DNA of 64,000 nt from Macrostomum hystrix (Eukaryota > Animalia > Platyhelminthes), in NCBI GenBank assembly GCA_950097015.1, contig CATNEN010000039.1:17980001-18044000 (forward strand). The letters run 5' to 3'. The first letter of the stretch is position 1. Each line of letters starts with the position of its first letter. Made by a program: the position numbers and the translations under genes. Of this stretch, positions 12,440-25,400 are shown one piece after another. The notes under the pieces are model-generated. The model saw only the letters and a program-made list of their open reading frames with translations. It ran no database searches and had not been told where the DNA came from.

Positions 12440-13320
12440 AATAGCTGCGATTCCAGTAAGACAGTAGCTGCGATTCCAATAAGACACTAGCTGCGATTCC
12501 AATAAGATAATAGCTGCGATTCCAACACGACACTAGCTGCGATTCCAGAAAGACACTAGCTGCGATTCCAATAAGACACTAGCTGCGATTCCAATAAGAT
12601 AATAGCTGCGATTCCAATACGACACTAGCTGCGATTCCAGAAAGACACTAGCTGCGATTCCAATAAGATAATAGCTGCGATTCCAATACGACACTAGCTG
12701 CGATTCCAATAAGACACTAGCTGCGATTCCAGAAAGACAGTAGCTGCGATTCCAATAAGACACTAGCTGCGATTCCAATACGACACTAGCTGCGATTTCA
12801 GTAAGAAACTAGCTGCAATTCCAATAAGACACTAGCTGCGATTCCAGAAAGACACTAGCTGCGATTCCAGAAAGACACTAGTTGCGATTCCAATAAGACA
12901 CTAGCTGCGATTCCAGAAAGACAGTAGCTGCGATTCCAATAAGACACTAGCTGCGATTCCAATACGACACTAGCTGCGATTCCAATAAGACACTAGCTGC
13001 GATTCCAATACGACACTAGCTGTAATTCCCATAAGACACTAGCTACGACTTCAGTAAGACACTAGCTAGCTACGATTCGAGTAAGACCCTAGCTAAGATT
13101 TTAGTAGAACACTGGCTGCGATTCCTGTAAGACACTAGCTGCGTTTCCAGTAAGACACTTGCTAGTTTCGATTCCAGTAAGACCCTAGCTGCGATTCCAG
13201 TAAGACACTGGCTTCGATTCCTGTAAGACACTAGCTGCGATTCCAGCTACGATACCAGGCCAGACTACAGCTGCGTTTCCAGCTACGATACTGGTCTGTG
13301 AACAGCTGCGATTCCAGTAT
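12440..13320. repeat. 23-bp minisatellite (tagctgcgattccaataagacac)n
   Basis: Tandem units degenerating at the right end. Confidence 0.95.
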
Positions 13321-14099
13321 GGTACAATTAGAATTCTAGCCAAACTGAGTATTTAAAATGAAAAAAAAACTAGATTTGAAATTCTTTCTCATAGTCTATT
13401 TGACAATAGTGTGTCTTTAAGCTTTGTATGCGTGTTTGGGCGGGAGCGAGCAGGGTTCGATAAGTACAAACATACACACACAGACGGTAGCTCTCCAATA
13501 TATTAAATGAGATATAGATGCACATAGCAGACGAAAGTTAAACAGTTATATCGCATAGACACAGACAAAATATAGTATAACAAGTGCGTTGCGTCGTTAA
13601 AACAAAAAAGCATTCCTTATGTAATAATAACAAAGCGCGCTAATTACTACTAATAAATCCATATCCACTCGAGTAGCGAGCGACAGATGGGAAAGCGGAC
13701 GAACAAAAACTGTTCTATTTAGAAGACAAGTTTAATACCCAATAAATTAGTTTAAAACTATTTTACACGATAAAACCAAACTTTTTTCTTTCAATTAAAA
13801 AACGAAGCCATAATTGATGCAATAGAGTACTGACAACCGCATGGTAATGTTGCTAGAAATTTTATAAAGTGAAAAATTTGCAATTAAAGCATAAACTGGG
13901 ACTTTTAAAAGTACACGAAAAAAGTAAATTAGTTCCGCTTAATATCGCCTAAAAGCCAAATATAAATTTGCATCATTTGACTGTATAGGATTTGATATCA
14001 TAGAAAGGATAACCATAGTATTTGGATATGGGATTTCTAAAAATCACCCTTTGGGAGGATTTGGGCTTCTAAGAAATCGGTCACTTCAGAGTCCAGGTA

Positions 14100-14650
14100 C
14101 CTTAGAAATAAAGCACTTAAAAGTCGAGGTTTTTTTAGAAATCTGACATTTAGAAGTGTAGGTTTCTTAGAAATCTGACATTTAGAAGTATAGGTTTCTT
14201 AGAAATCAGACATTAAGAAGTCTAGGTTTCTTAGAAATCAGGAATTTAGAAGTCTAGGTTTCTTAGAAATCAGACATTAAGAAGTATAGGTTTCTTAGAA
14301 ATCAGACATTAAGAAGTCTAGGTTTCTTAGAAATCAGACATTTAGAAGTCTAGGTTTCTTAGAAATCAGGTATTTAGAAGTCTAGGTTTCTTAGAAATCT
14401 GGCATTTAGAAGTCTAGGTTTCTTAGAAATCAGACATTAAGAAGTCTAGGTTTCTTAGAAATCAGACATTAAGAAGTCTAGGTTTCTTAGAAATCAGGTA
14501 TTCAGAAGTCTAGGTTTCTTAGAAAACAGACATGAAGAGGTATAGGTTTCTTAGAAATCAGGTATTTAGAAGTCTAGGTTTCTTAGAAATCTGAAATTTA
14601 GAATTGTAGATTTCTTAGAAATCAGACATTAAAAAGTCTAGGTTTACATG
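14100..14650. repeat. 32-bp minisatellite (ggtttcttagaaatcagacattaagaagtcta)n
   Basis: Tandem units. Confidence 0.95.
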
Positions 14651-16453
14651 AAAACTTGAATTTTCAGGAATCCTTAAGGCTTTGGGAGACCAGAATCCTG
14701 CATGATTCTGTAATGATAGAAGTGACTGGAATCAAGCGAGTAAATATAATCAGTTGGGACATTCGGAAAGTATGGAATTTTTACTTTTCCATAGAATTCA
14801 GCGCTAATCATAGCCAAGGACCACAAGAACTTCATTATTATTTTAGTAATTTACTTTTAACAAGAAATCTAGCTAGCAAAGCTGAGATTCCATTTAGGAA
14901 CACGAATCCTAAACTTATAACAGAGATTCGCACACTTGCATAGCAACATCAATCATTGGTGTCTATAGACATTTTCTAAACTAGAAGCAAAACTAGATGG
15001 TAAAACAGAGAAAACAACAGCACATTTAATAAAACAGAAAAGCAGAAACGACTAGAGAAAAAAAGAATGACAAATTAAAAATGTTGAAAACCTTTACTTT
15101 TACACGCAATTATACGAAATGGCAGAATTAAATTAAATTGTAATAAACAAAAAAGCATAATTCAACATCTCGTCGAGTCTTGATCCCGAAATAGTAGCGA
15201 AGCAAATAAAAAAGATCTTAGTTCATGATAAGCCTTCAACACGGTGGCTCTTAAAAGTGTAAATTAGAATTACACAATAAAAAACACCAACATTTATCAA
15301 TATTAACAATAGACACTAAAAAGCTAACTTTTGCACACAAACCTACATGATATAAATCTCTGCGTGTGTGTGTGTGAGTGGTTGTGTGCCAAAGAGAGAG
15401 AGAGAATAGACAGTGTGCTGCATACTGACTACTTAATAGTAGCATAGCAAGTACATAGGGCATCGATTAAGTTAAGTAGAATAAGAACACTGTTGTCTAT
15501 TTTGTTATGATTAAAATTAAAAAAAAAATTTTGCAAGCCGTCTGCGAAATTGACTAGTTTTCTGGAAAGGAGTCAGATAGTAACTAATTCAATTCAATGT
15601 TTTTAAGCTATCTATTCAGTTGTCTGAGGAACCTCCCGTCTAGAGAACAGCAGAAGGTTTGCTAATTTTTTTCTGTTCACAAGAAAAAAAACTATGAAAA
15701 AAAGCGGATAATCAAAGTGAATAAATAGACCAAACTCTTTAAGAAGTGCATTTATTATCACAATATGAGAGAGACACATGCACAGCTTATATAATCAACG
15801 ATATATATATATATATATAAGCGCAAATACCACTACTAGCTAAGTAGTATGCAGAAAACTAAGATATAAAATAACTTAAAACACAACACAAAATAAAATC
15901 ATTTATGCTTAGGGCTTTACTAGCATAATAGGGCCTTCATTATACAGTATTCATGGGGTCCTTATTATAGCAATAATAATAAGAGTTAATAAGAGTTTTA
16001 TGTACAAATCAGACTGCCAGTGTGTATTACATTAGAAAAAAGCTAGATAGCTTGAACAATTAACAACTGGATAGAGATAACATATTAATAATTCAAAATG
16101 AGACTTACAGTTCCGAATAGAACTCACAGATGCTAACTATACAAGACAAATTCAAATGTATTTACACTGATGTATGACAAAGTGCGAATCGATAATCTCC
16201 TGATTCTAATAAGAAGCACATCCAGTCACCAAACAAATTAAGTTTTCTATAATCAATCGTTTCAATAAAAACCAAACGAACCAACAAGCAAAACATCTAC
16301 AGAAAACAAGAAATGTTGGATATGCATCGACCCAGTAAAGTCACGAGAGAAATGGTTAACAACAAAACAAAAATGAAATTAAACAGACAAAACAATTAAA
16401 AAGCCTACAAAACAAGACAATATAGACGGTGAGCCAGATAATTCGGGCACTAA

Positions 16454-19400
16454 CTAAGGAAATGGATTACCACCGAAGGGATTTAGATGATGACTGGCGG
16501 CGGCTCGCCTGGGATCAAAGGCTGGGGGATAAAAGTTTGACAACAACTGGCTAGTCTGAGAATAGAAATCTGCCGGCCTGTAAGCGTTGGTTGCGGCGGC
16601 TGCCGCGGCTGCCGCGGCCGCGTGATGATGATGATGATGCTGAGAATGCTCAGTTGGACCTGCCGGCTGATGATGCTGATGCTGCTGTTGCTGCTGCTGA
16701 TGCTGATGCGCAGGCTGCTGATGATGGTGCTGGTGCTGCTGGTGCTGCTGATAATGAGCCGAGCGTTTATTGCCTACAGTCAGATCGCTAGCAGCCGATG
16801 CTGTTGAAGCTCCGGCCAAGGAGGCTGACGACACCGCAGCTGTTGAATGGTGATGCTGGTGATGCTGCTGGGCCGTGTGATAGGCCTCGCCTGTGGCAGC
16901 CGCTGCAGCCGCGGCAGCCGGCGGAAATACGGGCGGAAAATGATGACCGTAGGCTGCCACAGCGGCGTGATGATTGGCCTGCCAGCCGAAATAGTCAGAC
17001 GAGTACTGCGAGTACTGTTGGGCTCGCTGATAGACAAAGTTTAAGCCGTAGGGATCGTACTGCGACAGGAACTGATTGCCGTAGGTGTTGGCCGCAGCCG
17101 CCGCGGCCGCCTCGTACGGATTAAACGTAGGCGGCGCCGGAACTGCCGGCGGAGGCGGCGGAATTGGAGCCGCGGCTGCAGCCGGCGCGGCGACTGCCGA
17201 GGTTGCCGACGAGTCTCCGACGCTGACCGCCACGCCGCCGTAGGGGCTGGGATCGGAATGACCGCCGTAGCCGCTGCTGCCGCCCCATGGTGAGCTGAGG
17301 CCACCAGCACCAACAGAGCCCGGAGTTGCCGGATGATGCTGATGATGATGGTGCGCCGGCTGTAGCTGCTGCTGCGGCTGCTGTTGCGACAGATGATGCT
17401 GATAAACACTGGACTGAATGTGATGGAAATCATCCTTCTTCTTGTGATGCTGCTGATGAGTTAATGACTGCGGTGCCGGTGGCAGTGGCAGGGTAGTCAG
17501 TGGCATGGGAGCCGGCGGAGGCGGAAGAGTCAGCGGAACCGGCGCCTGGGGCAGAGCCAATTCGTTTAAGGAGCCGGCGTTGTCCAGATGCCGACGCTTG
17601 GTTCCGCTGCTGGCAACCGATGCTGACGACGACAATTGCTGATGCTGCTGCTGTTGATCAAACGAAGCTGCTGCAGTGAAATCGTCAGCCGAACCAGCAC
17701 CACCAACTGAGCCTGGCTGGTAGATCTTTCGTTTCTTGGGCAGGATCATGCTGCTGGAAGATGTGGCAGCTGCCGCCGCTGTCGCCGCCGCTTTAGCCTC
17801 GGCGGCTCGTTCGAGCACCGCGTCAACCTCCTGGCTGCTGATAGGCATTGACCCGCCAGCTTTGGCCATCAGACGGTGCATCATGTCGGCGGAGTTCTCG
17901 CCAACGGAATCTTCAGCAGCGACTGGGTGCGGTGAGTCCTCGGGCGACTGGTCGAGGTCAGCCGACGATTGCGCCAGGAACGGATGCACGCGGCTGGGAA
18001 ACTCGACTGGCTGCTTCACTGACTGAGCCTCGGCTGATTTGAATGGGCCAATCAGAGGCTCACTAGAATCTGAGACTTGCTGCTGCTGCTGACAGGCGGC
18101 ACCTGGCGAACTGCTTACTGGCTGCTGCTGACGAAGATGCTGATCGGTCTTGGCCTTTCTTTTCTTGTCTTTGCGATCTTTTTTGCGCTGCTGCTTATCT
18201 CTGTGATGCTGGCGCTTCTCGCGTTTCTTGTTTTTCTGCTTTAAAATCTGAGCATAGTCATCGTCGTAGCCCATCGGACGAGGACTGCCGCATTCTAATA
18301 ACTTCTGCTGACGAAACTGCTGCGGCTGCTGAGATACTTCGACTCGAGGAGTCTGCACAGTCAGCTTGCCCTCAGCTTCGAGACAACTCTGCTGCTGCTG
18401 CTGCTGTTGCTGCATTTGTTGTTGAAGCTGCTGTTGCTGAAGCTGATTGCTGAGTTTAAGCTTGAGCTTTATCGGAATCTGCGGATCTGAAGAACCAGAT
18501 AAAGCTGATGTTGGCGGCGTTGTCAGATCCTCCTGAGGCTGTTGAAGCTCCATTGCGGCAGCATCGGGTTTAAGAGGCTTAATTGATATCTTTGGAACTT
18601 TCGGAACTTCAGGCGCAGCCGGAACTTCAGCAGTGGCTACGGAGATAGACAAAGGTGGGACAATTTTCTGGGTCGACAAGTCTAGTAAAGCAGCAGCTGC
18701 GGCTGCTTCAGACTGATTTCGTCTGGCCCGCTTGCCGCCAGCGTCCGGCTCGAAGTCGAACTGGCCCCGAGTGCTGCCGCCGGCTGCGGAACCGCTGCCA
18801 GCAGCGCCGCTGCCAGTTTTAGCGCCGACGCTGCCGAAGTTTTGTTTAAATAAAAACCTTCGCCGATCCTCCCGGTCGGAAGAGAAGAATTTACGCTTAA
18901 TTGGACTGCCAGAGCTAACGCAGCTAGACGAAGTAGTTGGTGTCGGTGTTGTCGGCGTAGCCACCGGCCCAGAGGACTCCTTTGACTTACTGGCCTCGCG
19001 TCGTTCCAGCTTGGAAAGATTCATAGGGACGAATGCCGGCTTGGGCGGGGCCGGCGGAGGGGGCGGTGGTGGCGGCGGCTGAGGCGGCGGCAGCTGTGGA
19101 GACGACTGTATCCGAGAGGCCAGAGGAGAGGACAGCAGAAGCGGGGATGGCAGCTGGGGCTGAAGGTGCAGCTGTTGTTCAAATTGTTGCGGCGGCTGCT
19201 GCAACTGTAGTTGCGGAGAAGGTGGCGGCTTGGACCTGTTGATACCACCCTTGGCAATGATCTCAAGGGCCAGCGAGGGCTGCGGCGGCGGACTAGGACT
19301 TCGCTCTTCAATCAGTGGCGCCTGACGTCGATGATGCGACTGTTCGGCTAGCGACTCGCCGCCGCTGCCAGAACCAGAGCCGCCGAGCACGGCTCTGTTC

Positions 19401-22400
19401 CACAGGAAATTTGCCGCGTCGCCGATACCGCGCAAACCGCTGCCGGAGGCTTCCAGTAGGCCGATGCCTTCTCCAACACCGCTGACATCTTCGAGGGCAG
19501 CTGCAATTTCGTCGCCGGGTTTCAGCTCTGGCAACGGAGGTGGCTGCTGCTGCTGCTGTTTAGCGTCTTTAGTCCGACTAGATGCTGTATCAGGTGACTC
19601 CTTTGTGTCTTTATCACCTTTAGCGTCCCGCTTTGCATTATCGGTTGTTGCTTTGTCTGGACTAGTCTTAATATTCTTTCCAGCTGAGCTTCCAACCAAT
19701 GCAGCATTAGCGGTGACTTTTGAAGCTTCAACAGCTTCGTGCAGTTCAAGCTCGCATAGTCGAGCCCGCCTAGCTGAGAGTCGTTTTTCTCGACTAGTAA
19801 CAGGCTCGCCGTGCATTGGATGATGCTCGTACAGAAGCTGGTCGCTATCCTGACGCGAAACTCCGGAATTAGCTAACTTGCTGCCACCGCTGATCTTAGT
19901 AGGCGAATTGGATCCCGATGATAATGACGCTGTTGATGTTGCAGTTTTCTTTAAAACATTTGACTTGACGACCACCTGCTTTTCAGTATCGGCCGCTTCC
20001 GACTCGTTAGAGTCGTCCTCGCTGGAGTCGGTGTCAACGTCAGACAGTCTGCCAGCCTGGGCCGAGCGAGATCTAGATCCAGAGTGGCGACGTTTTTCAA
20101 CACTTTTCTCCGCGATACGTCGGGAAGTGCGAATGCTTTTACTACTGTTGCTACCGCCGCCAACTGAGGCAACCTCCGAGGTGGAAACCGATGACTGGGG
20201 ACGGCGCGATTCTCTAGAATCATCTCGCTTCAATTTATTAACTGATCGGGATCGTTCACTTCGTCTGAGTGAGCTAAAATGCGTTGATTCTTTAGTTGGC
20301 TCATCAAATACTTTCACTGGCTTTGAAGGTGATAGCTTGCTTCCCTTCTTTTTCTTCATTTTCTTTGACGAGGATTTAGACTTGCTGGAAGTTGCGATTG
20401 GCTTTAAATCTTCAATAGATTTGCTCTTGCCAGATACCTTAACCAGCTCTTTAACTGCTGGTTCAGGACCAAATTCTGAGGCATTGTTTTTCGAGCTTGA
20501 CTCTTTATCCTGTTTCTGCTTCCGCTCGCTGGATTCTGATCTAGTTGAAGACAAAGTCTCAGGTGCGGCGGACTTCTCCGACGTCGATAGCTTACTACGA
20601 TAAAGAGCAGACCGACTAGAAGCTTTCGGTTTGTCTAATTTAGCAGTGGCTGCCTCTTTAGACTTTGAGTCATTTGTCTCTGTGCCAAGAGAGGGTAACG
20701 GGTTTGACTTTTTGGCAGGCTCATGCAAACTCGATTTTTCTTTGCGTTTTACCAGCTCTTTAGTACGGGATTCTGAAGAAGTACCCTTAGTGGATTTGTG
20801 CGGCTTATCATCTGGCGCTAGTTTATCTTTTGATGAAGGGCCTGGCGGCGTAGCGTCAGTAGATCTACGCTTGTTTTGGGACCCTGACGAGGTGGAGGTA
20901 GCTGCAGAAGGGTCCTGTCGAGCTGCTGAAGTTGTCGTCTTTTTCCCTTGAAGCAACTTCTTTTTACTACTCAACCAATCTTCCTCCTTAGATTCAGATA
21001 CACAAGGTGGTATTGCTGAAGATTTTTTGATAAATGTATCAGTTGACGCTAACTGGCTGACTGGATCGGAAACCTCAGCTGTGGCAAGACAGGAAATATC
21101 GCCAAAGGGCAAGCCGGCACTCTCCGGTATGCTTACAACAGGACAAGAGTCACCAGCGGCGGCTAATTCAGCTAACTGCTGCAGCGTTGGTTGACTTATC
21201 GACGATGAGGAAGGCGGCGGAGGCGCCTGCGATGTCGGCGTTGTGACAGCTGGTCGCTGGTCAGAAGAGCATTTTGTTGGCGACGTAAGCCTGGATAACT
21301 CGCCAACATCGACAGCTTTAGCAGGTGTTGCAGCATCGGCAGCTTCGCCTGCTTTTAGTACTCCAGATATTGTGTCCTCCAAGCTAGAGAAGCCTACAAT
21401 GCCTTTCACAGCCTCTTCAATTTCGTCATTCTCAGATAATTTGTGAACGGCAGACTTAAGCGGTATGATCTCTTTAAATAGCTCAGTATCATCGCCAATT
21501 TCTGACTGCTGCTTGGCCGCGGAACTTGTGGCCTTCGCTTCTCGATCTTTTGCTGGAGTCGTTTTCTTGGATGTGCCACCGCGTTTCTCCGGAATACTAG
21601 TCTGCTGCAGCGCGGAAGATTTTTTCTTCGACTTACTCTTGTGCGCCTGAGCTGACTGCTGCTTGCCAGACGAAACGTTAGGTACTTCAACGGAGGTCGC
21701 CGATACCGAAACAGCTGGCTGATTCGTAGAAGACGATCCAGAAGCGGATGGAATAGGAGGCGTTGTCTTCGCTTTGTGATGCGACTTTTTAGCAGGCGAC
21801 ACAGCAGGCGCTGTCATCTTTAATGGCGTGGCGTTTGACTCAGTAGACACTGAAAGCTGGCTAGAAGCAGAAGCCGCTGAGGCAGCCCCACAGGTAGAAG
21901 CATCTGAATTTTTAGTTGTCGCCGACTTGGTTGGTGTTCGACTAGCCCCATGCGTCGTCTTGGAAGCAGGAGACGGCTGCGTCGGAGCTGAAGTTGTCGT
22001 AACAGCGTCACTGTTAAAATCATTCAGTGCAGCATTGAAATCATCGAAAGTGGTGGTATTCCAACACTGCTGTTGTTGTTGCTGCTGTTGCTGTCCAGTC
22101 GGATCCTGCGACAGTTGTTGTTGCTGGAGAGGTGGACAATGAATAACTGACTCAGCAGAATGCGACACTTCAGCAGGCGTTTGCTGTTCAATAACTCCGT
22201 CTTCTTGCGGTGGTTGAATAAGTCCCAGCTCGTGCAAGAATGACGACCCTTGTTGCGCGTCAACTAGGCCGCCGAGATCAGTCACCGTTGCTGACTGTTG
22301 CTCGCAGCCGACACCTTCAATCATTGGAGTACCAGAGTCTTGACTAGTTGAAATCATTACGGTGCTGCCTAAGTCCAGGTCAAGCGACAGGCCAGCCTCC

Positions 22401-25400
22401 TGGCAGGCGATAGCCAGAAGGTCGTGGCTAGGCAAGGCGGTGCCTTCCAGACTGCCAGCGCTAAGAGGCTGACCAGTTGAGAATACAACCGCAGTAGGGG
22501 CAGTTTGTGCCCAAGTAGTGGCAAATGTGGCACCAGGTGGAGCAGCAGCCCAGACGGCAGTGCCAGAGGAGTGATTGACTGGCATAGAGATCCCGGCACC
22601 AGCTAACAGAGACCCCATCGATGCGCACATTCCAATTGGAGTACCGACAACGACAGGCAGCGATTTGGACTGACTGACCGCCGCGAGTGCACCTGATGGC
22701 AGTTGCATCGCCATCGGCATGCCAGCTGGCATAGCGGCATGCATAGCAGTTGACGATGCTGTAACAGGCTGCGTTGGTTTTTTGGAAGCTGCCGTCGATG
22801 TTTTAGATTTCTTACCAGAAGTAGTGGATGCCGAAGTTGCAGACGCATTTTTGCTTGAAAGCTGTATTGGGGGCAGTTTAGTGCTCATATCAGTTTTTGG
22901 AGATGGTAGAATCGGTCGCATTGCAATGGGCTTCGGCGCTATCGTTCGTATTCTTCGGTTACTTGGCGTTGAAGCTGACGATGAAGCAGAGGCCGACTGC
23001 GACAGCTTCGAAGGTGTCGGTGCTGACTTTAAAGGCGTAGTCAGCTTTGCTGTTGACGTTGTCGCCGTAGTAGTTGCAACTGCTGTTGCAGCAGTAACAG
23101 AAAGTGGCACTGTTGATGACAACGATGGCTGAACAGTTGGCACGGCAGTTAGACCAGCGAAGCTAGACGGCAAAACGCCGGGTGGCAGGATAAACTGAAT
23201 CTGGCCGCTTGGTGTTATGGTTGCAGGAATGGAACCGGCTGCAGTCGAGGCACCACCACTAATTGAGCACACTGGGCCCTGGATAGCCGCTGTAGCTATG
23301 GTTGAGGCCGGTACTGCGGCAGCGGCGGTTACAACCGAAGCAATGCCGCTGTCTAGAGTGGTTTGCTGCTGCTGTTGTGGCGTGGTCGATGGGGTGCTAA
23401 CAGTCGCATCGGCGCATGCTCCGCCAGCTTCTTCGATCTCACTGAGACTCTTGAGAAAGCCACCAGCTGGGATGTAGTTCTGCGAGCTTGAGTCGTAGGA
23501 AGAGAAGCTCTGCGGACTGCCACTGGAGTCGGCCTGCGGATGTTGCATACCTGAGCCAGCGGTGCCACTGGTTGCACTGGTGCTAACAACTGCATTGCTA
23601 GTTAATGTGGGAGCGGCAGGAGCAGTGGTTACTGAATCAGTCGACGCTGGCTGAATGCTCTGTTTTAGCATTTTGTTTTCGGCTTCCAATTGCTCAAGGC
23701 GCCTCTTTAGAGCTGCTAATTCATCGGACGAAGATCCAGATGCCAATGCAGCCATTGCTTTTATATTGGCCAATGCGTCTGCAGTGGTGGACGCAATGCT
23801 AGCAGCTACGGGTGCAGCAGATTTTATTTGCAAAAGGGCTGGTGTAGACGTTGACGGCAAACTAACACTGCCTGACACGACTTCAGCACCAGCTTCGACT
23901 AATGACGTTACTTCGGCTTCAATATCAGCGGAACCAGATTGCCCTAAGGTTGTGGAAGTGCATAGAACAAGCTTAGACTCTGTGTCATCTTCGTCGCCGC
24001 TATCCTCTGACAGAGTTATGACATTAGTTAATTGATTGCCCCCACCAGACAGTTCTTTCATAAGATCGGTCTCGGTGTCCATAGGCGATTGCACTGCCTT
24101 AGCCAACTGGCCGTCGCCGCATAGTTCAGACATGTAATCGTCATCTGCTTCGCCCTCTGCAGCTGCGCCTGAGACATGCTTAGCTCCTTGCAATTCGGAC
24201 ATCAAATCTTCATTTTCTTCTTCACTGTCGCTAGCAGTTGCCTCCATAGAAGATGCAACTTTTAAGCACAAATCGGATAGTAATTGACTAACAGCACTAA
24301 AAGTATTGTCACTCTCTGTACGATTCTGAACTAATGAATATGCACCGGATGAAACAGCTTCATATTTAACTATTGAAGCCACGGGAAAGCTTAGAGATTT
24401 TTCAGGTGCTTCAGCAACAATGGTCTGAGAGTCACGAGTCTCAATTAGTCCTTCGTCACCTAAATTGGCATCGGTTTTAAAGTGAGATTTGTTAGCAGAT
24501 TCGGATGGTAATTGAATATTGTTAACTGTATCTATATCAGATAAGTCTGTGGGCTCAGCTTTGTTAGTCTCATTGTCTGGTAAATCGTCGAGAGTCAGCG
24601 TGGCCTCCTGGATATCTGCATCGCTTTCCGATGTTTCAGGAGATTTTTGGAAATCGATCTCTATTTGATGGTGATCATTCTCACTAGACTGAGCTGCTGC
24701 TGCTGCTTTTTGGTTGTGCTGCTGCTCTGTCTGAAGCTCCCCTGATATTTGCGAACTATCTTCTTCACAATGCTGCGGTTCATGTTCAGACTGCTTCTTT
24801 ACAAAATCAGTAACGTCGTGTTGTTCAATTGTAAGATCTGGTGAATTGCTATCCGATGAGCAATAATCTTCTACAATTGACACTGCAGTTGGAAGTTGTT
24901 CGAAATGAAACTTATTCGATTCGTTATCAGTGTCTCCACTTCTGTTCGCTTGTAATTCCAGATTTAAATCAGAATAGCGAGATTGGCCTGAAAAAGTCGG
25001 AGATAGTTTTGTCTTCTGCGTCGATGTTAGATGCTGTGAGCTGCCATCTTGGTCTTCTTTACAAACTGATTCTTGTGAGGCGTCGATTCGATAGTTTTGC
25101 ACTTCGACCGCAACTGCAACTGGAGAGATGTGCTGTTCTTTTATCGCTAATCTGTTTTCTGATGCGATCTCAGATCGCTGAATCTCTTCCGAGTTTCCAC
25201 TGACTATAAGGTTTTGAGCAGGAGAGGAATCCATATTTCTTGAAGTATGGGGTTTGGTGGAATCGCGCTTATCAGATGCGAAAGTCTGTTTAACTTCTAA
25301 AACTGGCTCCACCTGATCATTTGACTTATCGATTCGCAATTGTTCGACTGCTACTGACTGGTCGACTTTCTCTTCTATTGAGCCTGTTATGGGCGTTGGC

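Noticed and set aside
12440-14650. Regular 23- and 32-bp repeats as possible CRISPR arrays
   Set aside because: Head-to-tail units with no unique spacers, no cas genes, eukaryotic context.
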